Source: Felis catus
Taxonomy: Eukaryota
Direction: 5' to 3'
Assembly: GCF_018350175.1 (NCBI RefSeq)
Contig: NC_058368.1
Span: 232,316,001-232,380,000 of the forward strand
Length of the DNA: 64,000 nucleotides
The translations under genes and the position numbers were made by a program. Under the pieces are notes generated by a model, which saw only the letters and a program-made list of their open reading frames with translations, was not told the origin of the DNA and did no database searches. Of the stretch, positions 25,001-37,699 are shown in pieces. Each line of letters opens with the position of its first letter. Positions within the stretch are counted from its first letter, which is position 1.

Positions 25001-26079
25001 AACTAATTAAGCCATGATTCTTTGGAAATAGTCGTTAAATCAGACACTTAACAAAGATTGAAAAGTAAGGGTAAATTACAAATATTTTGCTGGAACATCT
25101 GGTATACTCGGAAAGGAGGTAACCTGGATAGAGGAGAAAATTGGAAAAGGTGACTGTGAAGATTCTAACTGAATCTTTTGTTTGTTTTTCCTCCTAAGGT
25201 AGGCAGGTAGGGAACAAACAAAGGACGGAAACCAGCCCAAGGATCACTCTTTCATCTCATTCGGTGCATACAGACTTTTAGTTGCTCTGCTTTTCTTTCT
25301 GGAAAATGTAATACCTGCTTCTGAATGCTTTTCGAGAAACCAATAAATTGTTTTGTTTTTGTAATTTATGTCAATGGTACAAACCATTTGACTGTAACCA
25401 GTCAAATGTAACCAGTTTCAGTTATAAACCAAAACATGGAAATGAACAATGGAGATTGTACCTGTGTTCCCAAAGTAAGAATTCTACATCTTTTATGAAA
25501 TTTTTCTAAAGGTTTTTAAAGTGTTGAGTTATTACACCTTAATGATAATAAAAAAAGGGGGGAGGGTTGAGATTATTTAGGTCTATTTTCCTCAAAACAC
25601 ACGAAGGGCTGACAACAAGATAAAGTACTATCTGGTGCAGGCTGGCATGATGGATTTCTGTAGGGTCTGTAGTTATTTTGCTTTTAAAGGAGGTTGGTGT
25701 GTTTAAAGACTCTGAGCACAAATTTCTAAATCATACAGATGATATGAACTCTAATGATTTTCATACTTGTTAGAAAAATCAGAATTCAGAAATTAGATGA
25801 TGCTGTACATTTATCACCAATTGATTAGCTAAGTCCAAAAACACAGCCCATACTTCAGAATCTAAGTACCTCTCATCTTGATTTCCACTTTGGTCATCAA
25901 ATCAAACTGTGGAAAACACGATTCACTACTTTTATCTAACATTTCAAATACCATCAATTCATCATAGAAAATTGCTAAAGAAATTTAGTCTGTCAGTTCC
26001 AGAAAAATGTGAAAATAGATATTGGTCTTTTCCCATTATAGAAACAGTAGTTCTAAGTCATTTATATACCTTCTAGGCT

Positions 26080-26290
26080 TTAAAAAAAAATTTTAACATT
26101 TATTTCTGAGACACAGAGACAGAGCACGAGTGGGGGAGGGGCAGAGAGAGACAGAGACACAGAATCCGAAGCAGGCCCCAGACTCTGAGCTGTCAGCACA
26201 GGCCTTGACATGGGGCTTGAACTCACAAACTGCAGGATTGTGACCTGAGCTGAAGTCGGACCTTTAACCAACTAAGCCACCCAGGCGCCC
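26080..26290 (-). mobile_element. Can-SINE
   Basis: Reverse-complement Can-SINE ending ...gccacccaggcgccc. Confidence 0.92.
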
Positions 26291-27415
26291 TGTTTTTTTC
26301 TTTTTTTCCCCCCATTGAAGATTATGTTCTTTAGAATTTAAGAAAGCTTGCTGTTTATCTCCCTTGGAGTTTTGATCAGTTGAGAAGGAAGGGCACTAAG
26401 GCGGGATAGTGCTGATCCTGGTAGGCAATGGAAGGGATGGGCCAAGATATCTGAGCTGCACAGGGAAGGACCTATCAACAGGCATAAGCTGATAGGAATA
26501 AAAGAAATGTTGGATGAATGTCCAGAACTGAGGCTCCCAGATATCACTGAGTGTATTGCCACTCCTCAGGATTCCCCAGTGACCACCGAGGGATTGTCCA
26601 CTCCTTAAACCTCACAGTCCTTCCCTCTCTTGTCCCCCATTCTCGCCCTCCTCCCCTCTGGCTTCCTCCCCTTTCCTGCCCCCTCACCTCTGTATTCCCC
26701 CACGTTGAAATAAACAAATGTTCTTGTAGTAGGTCGGTTCGGTCAGGGAGCTGTGTTATGATCGATCATAAGATCTGGGATGACAGTGAGGCAGCATCAC
26801 CTTCACCAGAAGGTTCTCCAGTTTGCCGGGGTCATGAGATACAGTCTAAATTAGGCCTCGTCCTCTCTGGGGTGCCCTCCCTCAGAAACCTTCCAAGCGG
26901 ATCAGCTTCCTTCTGTCTCTCCTCGATGTGTTTTCCTGGTCAGCCCTAAGCTGCGACCATCACTCGGGGCCTGGTTCCAGTGCTTTTGTTGGCAAGGTTA
27001 AAAGCAGAAATCCAACCTGGGAGGAGGGGAGGAGCGGGCCCGACTGAGGATTCACCTTTACCCCTCAGAACTTGTGAGACCTGTGTCCAAATGCTGTCAC
27101 CTCAGGCGGTGTGGGCAGCAGCTCCTTCTTGATCAGTCCGGCATGCTATATGTATGGTCCTCCATCTCCTCCAGTTGTGCTGGCACAGTGTGACAGAGAA
27201 TGACATCGCCGTGAGGGATGGGTACTGCATGATCCCACAGCTGTCCTAAGGCAGCTCCACATGGGAACTCCAGTCTACTGGATACATCTTCAAGACACGT
27301 GGACCACAGAGAAAGTAATTAGAACCTTGCTTATGGATATTTCCCAATTTAACAGCCTCTAATCCTTCAGTTTCCAGAGTGAAATGGGAATGTCATGTCT
27401 TGGGTAAGAAATCGA

Positions 27416-27618
27416 GGGGCGCCTGGATGGCACAGTCGGTTAAGCGTCCGACTTCAGCCAGGTCACGATCTCTCGGTCCTGGAGTTCGAGCCCTGCGTCG
27501 GGCTCTGGGCTGACGGCTCAGAGCCTGGAGCCTGTTTCCGATTCTGTGTCTCCCTCTCTCTCTGCCCCTCCCCCGTTCATGCTCTGTCTCTCTCTGTCCC
27601 AAAAATAAATAAACGTTG
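27416..27618 (+). mobile_element. Young felid Can-SINE (SINEC_Fc-like) with target-site duplication (TSD)
   Basis: Near-consensus body; TSD agaaatcga at 27407-27415 and 27619-27627. Confidence 0.95.
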
Positions 27619-28900
27619 AGAAATCGAAAGGGCCTTCTTTAGCTTCACTCCGGAACAAGTTCCCATCATTATGGCCATGACCCAGCTTAACAGCAGGGTT
27701 GTTACATACCAGCTCTGTGTATGTTGGGTGACCAGATGTCCGTCTAGCGTACACGTTCTTTGATGAACAAACTCTAAAGACCAACATGCATGCCCTGGGA
27801 GTTCTACAAATCTCGAAAACGGGCATCCAAAGGTGTTGCTGTTTGTTTGAGAATTGCCAATTCAGCGAGGAATGGAACACTGGAAGAAAAGAGAGTCTGA
27901 AATGAGCGTGAGTCCAGTGGATGGGTTAGTTTTGACCTCTAATGCCAGGAGGAGCGAGAGAAAACTAACAAGAAAGAAAACCAAGTAAAATCTTAGCCAA
28001 CACAGATTTAATAAAGTGGGAACATTGAGAATGCTGATTTTTCTAAAATTAATATATCACTGAACTTCTGACGCTGACGTAGTGGCTGAGGGAAGCTCAG
28101 GAGACAGAACGTTTTTGGGCACACACCATTTTCTAGATTTGAAAAACTTTTGTGAACTCCCTCACAAGAGACTAAGGAAGATGCAATCCACATAGTGGTA
28201 GACAAGAAAACTGTTTATTTTAAACAGGTCTGTGAGGGAGAAACCATGTCTGACTGGATGGCCAGTTCCTAGAGCACATAGTTAACAGTGACAGGTCACT
28301 GGTGTCAGCATGACAGGCGGTATCATTGCATTCTCCGATGACCTGAGAGAGGGAACGGGTTTCAGGTGGTCAAACCTGCCGAGGGCACAAAGTGTTTAAG
28401 CCTGAAAGGACCAAGGGAGAAGAAGAAAATGGCTCCCTGAAACCTGGTAGGTCATGATCCAGGGAACCCGTAGGCGATTGCAAAATAACCATATGTGTTA
28501 TTGCTCTTGGAAGGCATCTTCTAAGCTGTGTGCCAGGCTGGGGAGTCTCCCATCAGTTCAACCTCCCGGAAGAAGCTGTAGGCTTCAACCTCACCGAGGC
28601 TGACATACGGTGGCACCTGGGAATGTGTGTCTGCGGTTAGAGACAGGAAGAGGACTAGGGTTGTACTGGAAAAGAATGATATAGAAAAAATGTCAAATGT
28701 TGGGAGCAAGACCACCCCCATCCGTGATGAGGTCCATGTCTGGCTCTGCCTCTGAGTGGTTTTTGGCCCTGAGTAAAACTGGGGGAATTTGAAAAACAAC
28801 TTGTACCAGCGAAGTCCCGGGAGCGGTAGAGGTGGAGACACATCGCAAGTCTCAGCTTGATGTGAGAATACAACCTTGTGTCTGATTCTGCCAACTTAGC

Positions 28901-29300
28901 TGTTATGGACCGAAGGCTTCTTTCTCCCCCACCCAAATTCATTTATTGAAGCCATCACCTCCAGTGAGACTGTATCAGGAGATGGTTCCTGGAAGCAAAT
29001 AATTAACGAGTTCATAACTGTGGGGCTCTGGTCCCACGGAATTAGTGTTCCTATTAGAAGAGACACCAGAGAACTCTCTCGCTCTCTGCACATTCACTGA
29101 GGAGAGGCCATGAGAGGACACGGTGACGAGGTGGCCAGGCAGCCAGGAAGAGAGTCCTCACCAGAAACCAAATTTGCTGGCACCTTGATCTTGGACTTCT
29201 GGCCTCCAGACCTTAAGAATGTCTTTTAACAGCCACCCCCCCCCCCCCGCCCGCCCAGCCTATGCTATTTTGTTATGGCAGCCAGAGCAAGATAATTGAC
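28901..29300 (+). mobile_element. MaLR solo LTR (MLT1A-like)
   Basis: tgttatgga...aaattcat...gaagagacaccagaga...ggcaccttgatcttggacttc...gcctccaga...tattttgttatggcagcc. Confidence 0.85.
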
Positions 29301-29809
29301 CAGACTGGAAAAAGATGCTGGAAAGCTCCTAGCTTGAGGTATGTTAAGAGAGGCCACTGAGTCCATTCAAATATGCAGACTTTTATTAGTTCAGGAGTAA
29401 CAGTGATGAAACATAGGGAAAAAAACATTCAGTTTTCTGCCCTCCGAAAGTTCACGATGCAAGGGGAGAGAGGGACTCTGTGCATGAAACATAATACAAC
29501 ATGGCTAAAATCACACCGCTGTGGGAAGCTCAGGTCAGGAGCGATGGGGTTGCCCAACGCCTATGGTTAATTTCCCCAACAGTTTGTTCTTTGACGTGAG
29601 TTCAGGCCTTTGGAATATTTCACATTTTAATAGCTTGAGAGTATTAAGTTCGTGTGTTCTGAAACATTTTTTCCAAACTTTTGTGAAACATATTAATTTT
29701 CTCAAACTAGTTTACCATCCTTTGTTTAAATTATTTGAGAAGAAAAAAATGAAAAATTATTTGCATGTCCTTGATAACACTAAATATAATAATTATAGCT
29801 AGATGTTAA

Positions 29810-29860
29810 GTAGATGGATGGATGGATGGATGGATAGATGATAAATAGATAGATGACAGA
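29810..29860. repeat. (GGAT)n/(AGAT)n compound microsatellite
   Basis: Directly visible. Confidence 0.88.
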
Positions 29861-30720
29861 TTTTTAAATCTTTCAAAGTGCACACGCATATCTTTTAAGG
29901 AATGGAATCTTCAGAGTATGGTTCATGGAAGGAGGTGTGATTGTCCCTTTAGGAGTGAAGATTATTTGGTGACATTCCTAAGGTCACACAGCAAAGCCAA
30001 GGTTGCCCATGGCTAGATCAAAACTTTCCTACAACTGTCTGAGCACTTGAACCCTAAACAAGCCTGGTGTTTAAAAACATGTGAAGTGCTTTCAAAGGTC
30101 AGCCTGAGAGGAAGAAAACAGGAAGAGGTAGTGGGAGACAGTAAAAAGAGTACAGAGAGAGAGAGAGACAGTGCCTGATAGACAGACAGACTGATGGCGA
30201 ATCAGACAGTCTGGGCTCCAGGAATTAGAAACTTCCTCCAGAACAAGAGAAAAAGGCAGTGTGGGAATGCACGGGAACAAAGAGGAAGGGGCAGGTCCCC
30301 TCAGCACTGGCTCCTCTCTTCCCCAGGATCCTTGTTCCTTTCATAGCTTTCCCTGTGTGATCCTGAAATTCATGGCCCCTCTACACCAGGAGCCCCCACG
30401 GGGCTACCACCTACCTTTTTCTTGTTTCTACCTGGTGGCCCGCTGCACACCAGCACTAGAAGGTGCCCAGGTGATGTCTTCTGGGTAGACGGGTTGAGGA
30501 GAGAAGACTAGTGGGTGTTTACACACATCCGCAGATATGCATGACAGCTGGAAAGTCTCTGTTCTGAATCTAGAACGTGCTTCTGTTTCCTGAAGGGACA
30601 AAGGGAACGCACACTCGCTCGCATAAGCATGACAGCGAGAAGGGCTCCTCTATGAATTTGGAGAAACATATTTCATGGACTTGTAGTCACTTAAGTTTAA
30701 CTCACCGTAAAATACAACAT

Positions 30721-30942
30721 TTTTTTTTAAATTTTTTTAACGTTTTATTTATTTTTGAGACAGAGAGAGACAGAGCATGAACAGGGGAGGGGCAGAGAGA
30801 GAGGGAGACACAGAATCGGAAGCAGGCTCCAGGCTCTGAGCCATCAGCCCAGAGCCCGACGTGGGGCTTGAACTCACGGACTGCGAGATCGTGACCTGAG
30901 CCGAAGTCGGATGCTTAACCGACTGAGCCACCCAGGCGCCCC
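30721..30942 (-). mobile_element. Can-SINE with TSD
   Basis: Full-length reverse copy; TSD taaaatacaacattttt at 30708-30724 and 30943-30959. Confidence 0.95.
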
Positions 30943-32034
30943 TAAAATACAACATTTTTAAGCACATACCTAAGCCCAGATCCCACGTTTAGAGCATCTG
31001 AAGCTTATATAACTTAGGGGGGACTTTTGAAAGGAAAGGAGGACAAAATTCCCAGTGCAAAATCAAACGTGAAAAAAAGTATTTATTTAGATTTTAGAAA
31101 GCGCGACAAATTTCAAATTAAAAAAAAAAATGATAGGAACTGCTTATCTGATCAAGTCAAGAAAAACAACAACAGAGCGCTTGTGTTAATCACCTGGCAA
31201 CCCATTCTAGAATAATTTCCCATGTGTCTTGCTTGCATGCCCTTGGACCCAGCATACAATAACGCTTGTAATGTCTTTCTCCATCGTGAGAATAGAAAAT
31301 AATTGTTAAGCCAAGTTGATTTATCTTTATCAGTAACGTGTGTTATGTGGAATCACAGGTGAAATTTTAGGATTTGATTTCTAAAATTTTCTAACATTTC
31401 TAAAATTTCTCAAGGGTTCCAAATTTGGAACACTTCTGTCCACTTTCATTTCTGTGCGAGCTGAGACAGCAGATGATTACTTACAGAGACCGGATCTTTC
31501 TCCTCCACTACTGGCAGACTTCAGGGGCTGTGCCCAGGACAGCCCTCTCACCCCTCACCTCTGCATCAGGCACGTGGAGGACATGAGAGAGGGAGGTGAC
31601 ACGGAGGTGACTGCCAGCCTCGTGCACACGTGTCTCCAAGCCCAAGCTGAATGTATCCCCATCTCAATCGCCCGATAGAACCCCCCTCCAGAAATGCCAC
31701 CAGCCACGTCAGCACCTCCTGATACAAGCAGACAGGATGGAGAGAGAGGGAACCAGAACGGAATGGGGGAGGGATCTCCACGGCAGTGGAATCGTTGACC
31801 ACATTTTAGAAGACCACACGGCCGCGTGCAGGTGAGGGTCCAGGGGCCCCTGCTTGTACGCCCCTAGGTGTGAGGTCCGGGCTGGATATTGAGAAGTCAG
31901 AGTTGGTGAGGACAACTAAATGTACATGCAGTTCTCTTCCAGGAGACTGGACCCCTGATGGCAGGGAGGTGATGTTGGGCTGGGTTCCCCCAGAAGCTCT
32001 GCCCTTTACTGGCTGGTGACTTCGGAGCTGTTGA

Positions 32035-32200
32035 CTTCTTGTGCCTCAAGTTCTCACCTGTAAATGGAGACAATAAGAGCACCTACAACATAAGGTTCCC
32101 TTGACGATTCATTGAGCAAATACAAGGAAAGCATGTAGCATAAGGCCTGGACACATACAAATTGCTCAACAAATATGTCATTGCTATCGTTGTTTTTATT
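32035..32200 (+). mobile_element. MIR fragment
   Basis: gtgcctcaagttctcacctgtaaatggagacaataa...cacctac...gcctggacacata...tgctcaacaaat. Confidence 0.7.
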
Positions 32201-32280
32201 ATGAGTGAGAGAATCATGTGGATAATACATAGAGAATTTCACGGAACACTCTGGCACCTGGGGCTGTTGTACGGTTAATA

Positions 32281-32466
32281 TTTTTAAGTTTATTTATTTA
32301 TTTTGAAGGAGAGGGAGAGAAGGAGAGCATGAGCGGGGGAGGACAGAGAGAGGGAGAGAGAGAGAATCCCAAGCAGGCTCCATGCTGTCAGTGGAGAGCC
32401 GGACGCCGGGCTCGAACTCACGAACCACAAGCTGACACTTAACCAACGGAGCCACCCAGGCACCCC
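32281..32466 (-). mobile_element. Can-SINE, older subfamily with an internal deletion
   Basis: Reverse copy with gagaatcccaagcaggctcc and ...gagccacccaggcacccc. Confidence 0.88.
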
Positions 32467-34929
32467 GGTGACAGTGAAATTGTACAGCACAGTTAAAAAA
32501 AATTTTTTTTAATCCCATGGCAGTGGAAGAGGGGAAATGTGCTTTTGTCCGCATCCATGACGGGGAAATAGTGAACCAGTTTGGTCAGATGCATATTTGG
32601 GGGACTGTTTAAGAATTCCACAACACGTAAATAAGTTATGATTATCTAGTGTAGAGGTGCCCGTGGGAAGGGAAACGTTTAGACTCTCGATTGTTCTGTG
32701 GAATAGAGAATAATAACCTGTTCGAAGAAAGCTGTCCCCTGGCTTCGCATTGTGACAGAAAGACCTGTTCAAACACGACCATTCTTACAGCTCTTAGGAA
32801 GGAAGGCTTTCTTTATACCTAAGGTAATATTCTCCTTTAGCATGAATTATTTAAACAAAGAGTGTGATACTTTAACTTGTTCAAAAATTACAGAACAGAT
32901 AGAGTTTCTGTGGGCAGAAGCTAAGGTTGCTAATTAGCTTGGGCTGTCAGCCCTTGAGATAACCAGAGAAAGGAGGGTTTTTTTGAAGACAGGTGGTTTG
33001 AGTGTTCATTTCTATTCTCCTTTCCTATCGTCAAAAGAAATGGCGATGGAAAGTCCCTCGGGGTGAAAAAAAAAGCCTAAAATCCAGCCTCCGAACTTCC
33101 CTTCAGAACATGGGGACTAAGGTCCTCATCACTTCACCTAACTGCTCCGAAAAAGGAGACCAAAATCCGCCACTGAAACCATATTTTATAGTCAGGATAT
33201 TCGAATTCTCACTTGACCCTTTTACTTTGCGTTTTCACCGTTTCGTATGTTCCAAAGTTTTCCAGTAACCACGATTGGGAAAATTTGCAAAGTATTGCCA
33301 GATTCAGACCGCACGGGTCGTGGCATTTGCCAGAAGGGTGTTACTGGGATGAAGGGGGCCGCGAGTAAGAGACAAGATGTGAAAACACAAAGTCAGCTGC
33401 AGAGGAAGGGAGCACGTCTCACCCACAGGCGGACCAAAGCATCGGCGGATTCTCCTTGCACACGCTGGCATACGCATAAAGTAGCCTTCGCCAAGTGCTG
33501 GTGTTCAAGGGCGGCGGAAAAAGAGACTTTCTTAGAAAATAAAAGTAAACGTAAACATGCGTTTTTAGTTGTTGTGATACAGTCCAAAGGAGAGGCACCA
33601 ACAGGAGAATCAAAAGTCTGGATACCTGTGGCCAGCCAAGACGGAAGCACGTGGACCCTCACTGAGCTGAGGCCATTCTGCCCGCGGGGACGGAACCGGA
33701 TCCAGAACCAGCCTGAAGACAGATAGCGGCATTGGCTTCGAGCTGCACGGCCGATGCCACTCAGCCTTTGGCAAGTTTCTGGACCCTGGGAGATGAGGTA
33801 CTTTTAGGAGAATGAGAGCGGTTGTGGGGTAAAGTGTGGGAATGTGGGTAAGACCCCGAGTCCTGGGTCTAGAAAGGGGTTCAGTGACTTCTCTGAAAGG
33901 GACAATGGAACCTGGATAATACTTCTGCAATAATTTAGTTTCCATTTTTCTCTTCCAGGTATTCTGTGGTGGTTCCCCTCCCCGCCTTGTCACCTGTGCC
34001 CTTTGAACTAAGGGCTCACAGCCACGTGCAAGCAGGGAGAGGCCAGAGGAGGCCAAGTCCTTCCCGTGTCCAGTCTGTCCGGGGCCACAGAGCCCCCCCC
34101 CCCCCCCCCCTGCTGGCCCCTGCTGTGGAAAGTGGTGGAGGCCCCAGGGACCTGGGCCCACTGTGGTGAGAAACCAGGTGGCCCCGAGATGGCACAAGAC
34201 AAGCCAGGACAGAGTCCAAGGGGCTGTGCAGGTGGGAGGGATCCAGGTAGGGGTGGCCAGGTAGAGAACGGGTTGGATGGAATGTTGACCTTGAATCTCC
34301 ATGAGATCACAGGCCTCGGCCGCAGATAAACACATGGCTCTTGTGTATAACTGTTCCCTGTGTGGCTTTAAACGTTTTTTTGAGTATTTTAAGGAAAAGG
34401 TGGCGGTGCATTGGAGTCTTGGCAGTGTGTCAGGGAGGCTGGATGGGGATGCTGGCAGGAGAGGGTGGGAAGCAGGGAGACGGGACACAGGGTACATGTG
34501 GCCTTTCCCCAGTCCTGGAACGGAGACCCCTGCTGGGGTGCTGCTTCAAGGAGCCCTTCTCCGTGAGAGCTGTGTGAGCCTCAGCAGAAATTCAGCGCAG
34601 GCTCGCTGTCGCAGTGCGGAGTGACACGAGTGGCGCAGAAAGCTGTCTCCGCTTGTATGTCCGCCGAGACCTGGGGCCCAGGGAACAAGCGTCAGCACCC
34701 TCGGTGACACCGCTGGGTTTCCCAGAGGGGTGTGTGCGGCGGCCCAACTCCCGGCAGGTGGAGGGGCAGAAGTTACTGGATTGAGGGAGGGAGGCGGGGC
34801 CTGGTGGGGAGAACGGGCCCTTCCTGTGATGTGGCTGCGGGTTGGCTCCGCCGGTGAACACGGCCCCGGGGCTCCGGCTGTCCTGGGCGACACGTGGCAG
34901 CGGGGCAGGAGCGCCTGGGTAGGCCCCGT

Positions 34930-35070
34930 GCAGCCCTGTGGAGCACCCACGGAGCACCTGTGCAGATCGGAGGAGCACCGCGGAGCACCCGAGTACCTGC
35001 GGAGCACCCGAGGAGCCCTTTGCACATCGTGGGAGCACCCATGGAGCACCCCGGGAGCACCCGGCAGCAT
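34930..35070. repeat. GGAGCACC-unit GC-rich minisatellite
   Basis: Eight exact GGAGCACC copies (34940, 34951, 34972, 34982, 35001, 35032, 35043, 35054) plus degenerate copies. Confidence 0.85.
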
Positions 35071-36433
35071 CTTCCAAGTGGGCGGGGTGTGAATGTTGAA
35101 CCCACGGGTAGCCCTCAGCTGCACATGCACCCGCTCCCGCCCACCTGCTGCCGACCTCCCCGCGGAAGGGCCCGGGTCAGAGAACGTGCACCTGTCAGCC
35201 GCACGTGAGTGTGAACGCGCGTGAACCCCGGAGTCACGGGAGAACCGCACCTGCTCGCCAGGTGCAGTCGAGGAATCGGAGGGTCTGTCCGGAAGCGGAC
35301 GACCCATCACTGCACGGGGTTGGAGGGGGGGGTCCCGAGAGCCCCTTCCTGGAAGTGACAGGTGGGTGAGGCCGGCACGACACCCCTGTCCCCGGGTTTG
35401 GCGCCGTCTGTGCGGAGATGGGGCCCCCGTGCGTCACGGAGCACCTGAGGGCAGAGCTGCTCCTTCTCCGTGTTCCGCCCCGTGTTCGCGTCTTCACACA
35501 CCGGGGGCCACTCGCTGCATCGGCCACCGACCTCGTCCAGCTGCCCCCGCTCCGAGGAGCCACCTGCACCCACTTGAACCAACAGAATTTAGCGCAAACC
35601 GACGTTTTTGCAGCAGCCGGGTCTACACGCGAATCTCCTGTGTGGTGGGAGCAGTCCCCTAGGAAGACGCCTTTCTGAAAATCCGCGTCTTTCCCGAAAG
35701 GTACCTGGAACCGAGCCTGCGAGGCCGGAGTCAGCTGCGGGTTGGGCATTCGTTACTGGGCGGCATCCACCTGCCGCGTGTGCTCAGGGGGCTGAGGGGG
35801 AGCCCGGGTGAGGAGGCCTCTGTGCTGGCCCCGGGGACCGCGAGGGGGGGGGGGGTCAGGGCACAGGGGAATCCCCGAGATGGGAATGGGCCGATGACCT
35901 GAAAAGTCGGCGATGGTGCAGATGAAGGGCAGTGGGGGCTACAAACCAGTGGTTGGACTTTTCTGGCAAAGCAGGAGCAGGTGGGTGGGAGGAAGCAGGG
36001 CGCCTGGGGCCCCAGGCGGTGCAGTCAGGCTGGGGGCCGGGTGTGTGGGGGGGGTCTGAGGGAGCAGCGAGTGTGTGGGCAGGGGGCGAGGAGCCAGGAG
36101 GAGTCAGATCAGGAGGAGCCCCTAAGGGGGGAGTGGGGGGGGGAGCAGCTTTGTCAAGTCACAAAAACGACTCTTCCACCCCGTGGACCAGCGGCTTTAT
36201 CCCTTGTCAGCTGTGCAGCTGGTTTCTTTTTAAGCTAAAACAACCACGGGTGCAGGGCAGTGAAGGGGCGGGTATGGCTGAGGCGCGGGGACACCTGCTG
36301 TTGCTGGTCAGCTCTGGGAGGACCCTCCCGGTCAGCTCTGGGAGGACCCCGCACACTGGGAGGCCCTGCTGGGAAGGGTGGTGCATCGCAGACCCCGAGG
36401 CGCCGCCGGGGTTAAGAGGATTTGCAATTTCAG

Positions 36434-36436
<3 letters not shown>

Positions 36437-36480
<44 letters not shown>
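36437..36480. repeat. (GA)n microsatellite, about 22 units
   Basis: Directly visible. Confidence 0.97.
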
Positions 36481-36483
<3 letters not shown>

Positions 36484-37699
36484 AGAGAGGGGAGGTGGGG
36501 AGGGAATGAAGGGCCTGGGCAGGGCTGGGGCATTCCCTAAGGAGGGGCCCCCGTCCCTGGCAGTCAGCAGCTGTCCCCCTGCTAACCCGGAGAGCCGGAT
36601 GTGGGGTGAGCTCGGGGCCTAGAAAATAGTCAACTGTCTTGTGCGTCTTCCAACCCATCCCTTTGGCCTCCCAATGCAGTCAGGCTATTTTCTGGAAGCT
36701 CTTCAGAAAACAAGTTTCAACAGTGCAGTAAAATATAAAAGGGGGCCTAGGTAACACTAATTCCTATTGTTGGACTGTATATAAAAAGTTTCTGGGGCTT
36801 GTAAAGGTTACTCTTGGTGAGACAATGAGACAACGCCCTTTGAATCTGTTTCTAGTACCCTGAGGGGTGACAGCTCACCGCCTTGCCAAGTTCAATGCGG
36901 CTAATGAACAGAAAAGGATTAGATGCTTGGAAACAATGGAGAGGGAGGGACTTAGGGGGGGAATCCAGGTACGTCTCACTCCTACATCCATACTTCAGTA
37001 ACTGGGCATTGTTATTTGCAAAATTTTGACAGCCTTAAGCAGGTTAACACAGGAAACTCACAAATGATTCATTACAGGGAATATTGCCAATATTCAGTCT
37101 TCTTTGAAACGATAATTATCATGTTTGTTACATTACATTGGAAAAAGCTGCTCTGTGTTGCTCTTACAATACCTGAATAGCGTGACCTGTGTGTCCCAAA
37201 TCTCCCGTTTTCATGCTGCCCACTCTGGACATACTCAAAGAGTATTTCTGAGGAAATTCAATGAATTTACAGAAGAGGTTGTCACACTTAAGTCTTTACC
37301 ATCCAGAAAGTGCTACCCAAATCCCTAATGTCCCTTAAATTAAGTGTTTTGTTAAAATGGAAGATGGTGCATGTTCTAACTGAGGGGGTAGATGTCCTTG
37401 GGGAGAGGTGGAGGGGCACACTCGGAACAAGACGGGGTTTCTGCAAGGACTGTATTTTTGTGTTGGAAGCAACTGGAAATAACCTCTTGTGCAGAGTCGA
37501 GAGCTGGGAAGGCAGTCTTATCCACGATGTAAAGAGGAACAGCCTGTGCTCACACATAGGAACCTCATGCCTGGGTGGGGTTGTCCATGAGAGACAAGAA
37601 CCCATTCCCTGTGAGGTCTAATACAGAACTGAATGCCCAGAGCCAGTCTGTAATGAGAAGATCTTCTCTGTATGCACCCTCACAACATTTCAAAAGCAA

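Larger units (their letters stand above)
34600..36620. promoter_or_regulatory. Orphan CpG island downstream of SEMA5A
   Basis: About 2 kb of GC-rich, CpG-dense sequence with G-runs, CACGTG E-boxes (34891, 35202), GC-box-like GGGCGG elements and a flanking (GA)n tract. Confidence 0.7.

Noticed and set aside
27393..27619. Recurrent similar short ORFs (e.g. ...SGSVLTAQSLEPASDSVSPSLSAPP...) across the window
   Set aside because: These are translations of Can-SINE copies, not a gene family.
34930..35070. Repeat-spacer appearance reminiscent of a CRISPR array
   Set aside because: Units are only 8-11 bp with irregular tiny spacers, the context is mammalian, and no cas genes are present; it is a minisatellite.
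33247..36658. ORFs of 150-295 aa in and near the orphan CpG island
   Set aside because: No recognisable protein family; they run through poly-C, minisatellite and (GA)n tracts; no coherent exon chain seen.
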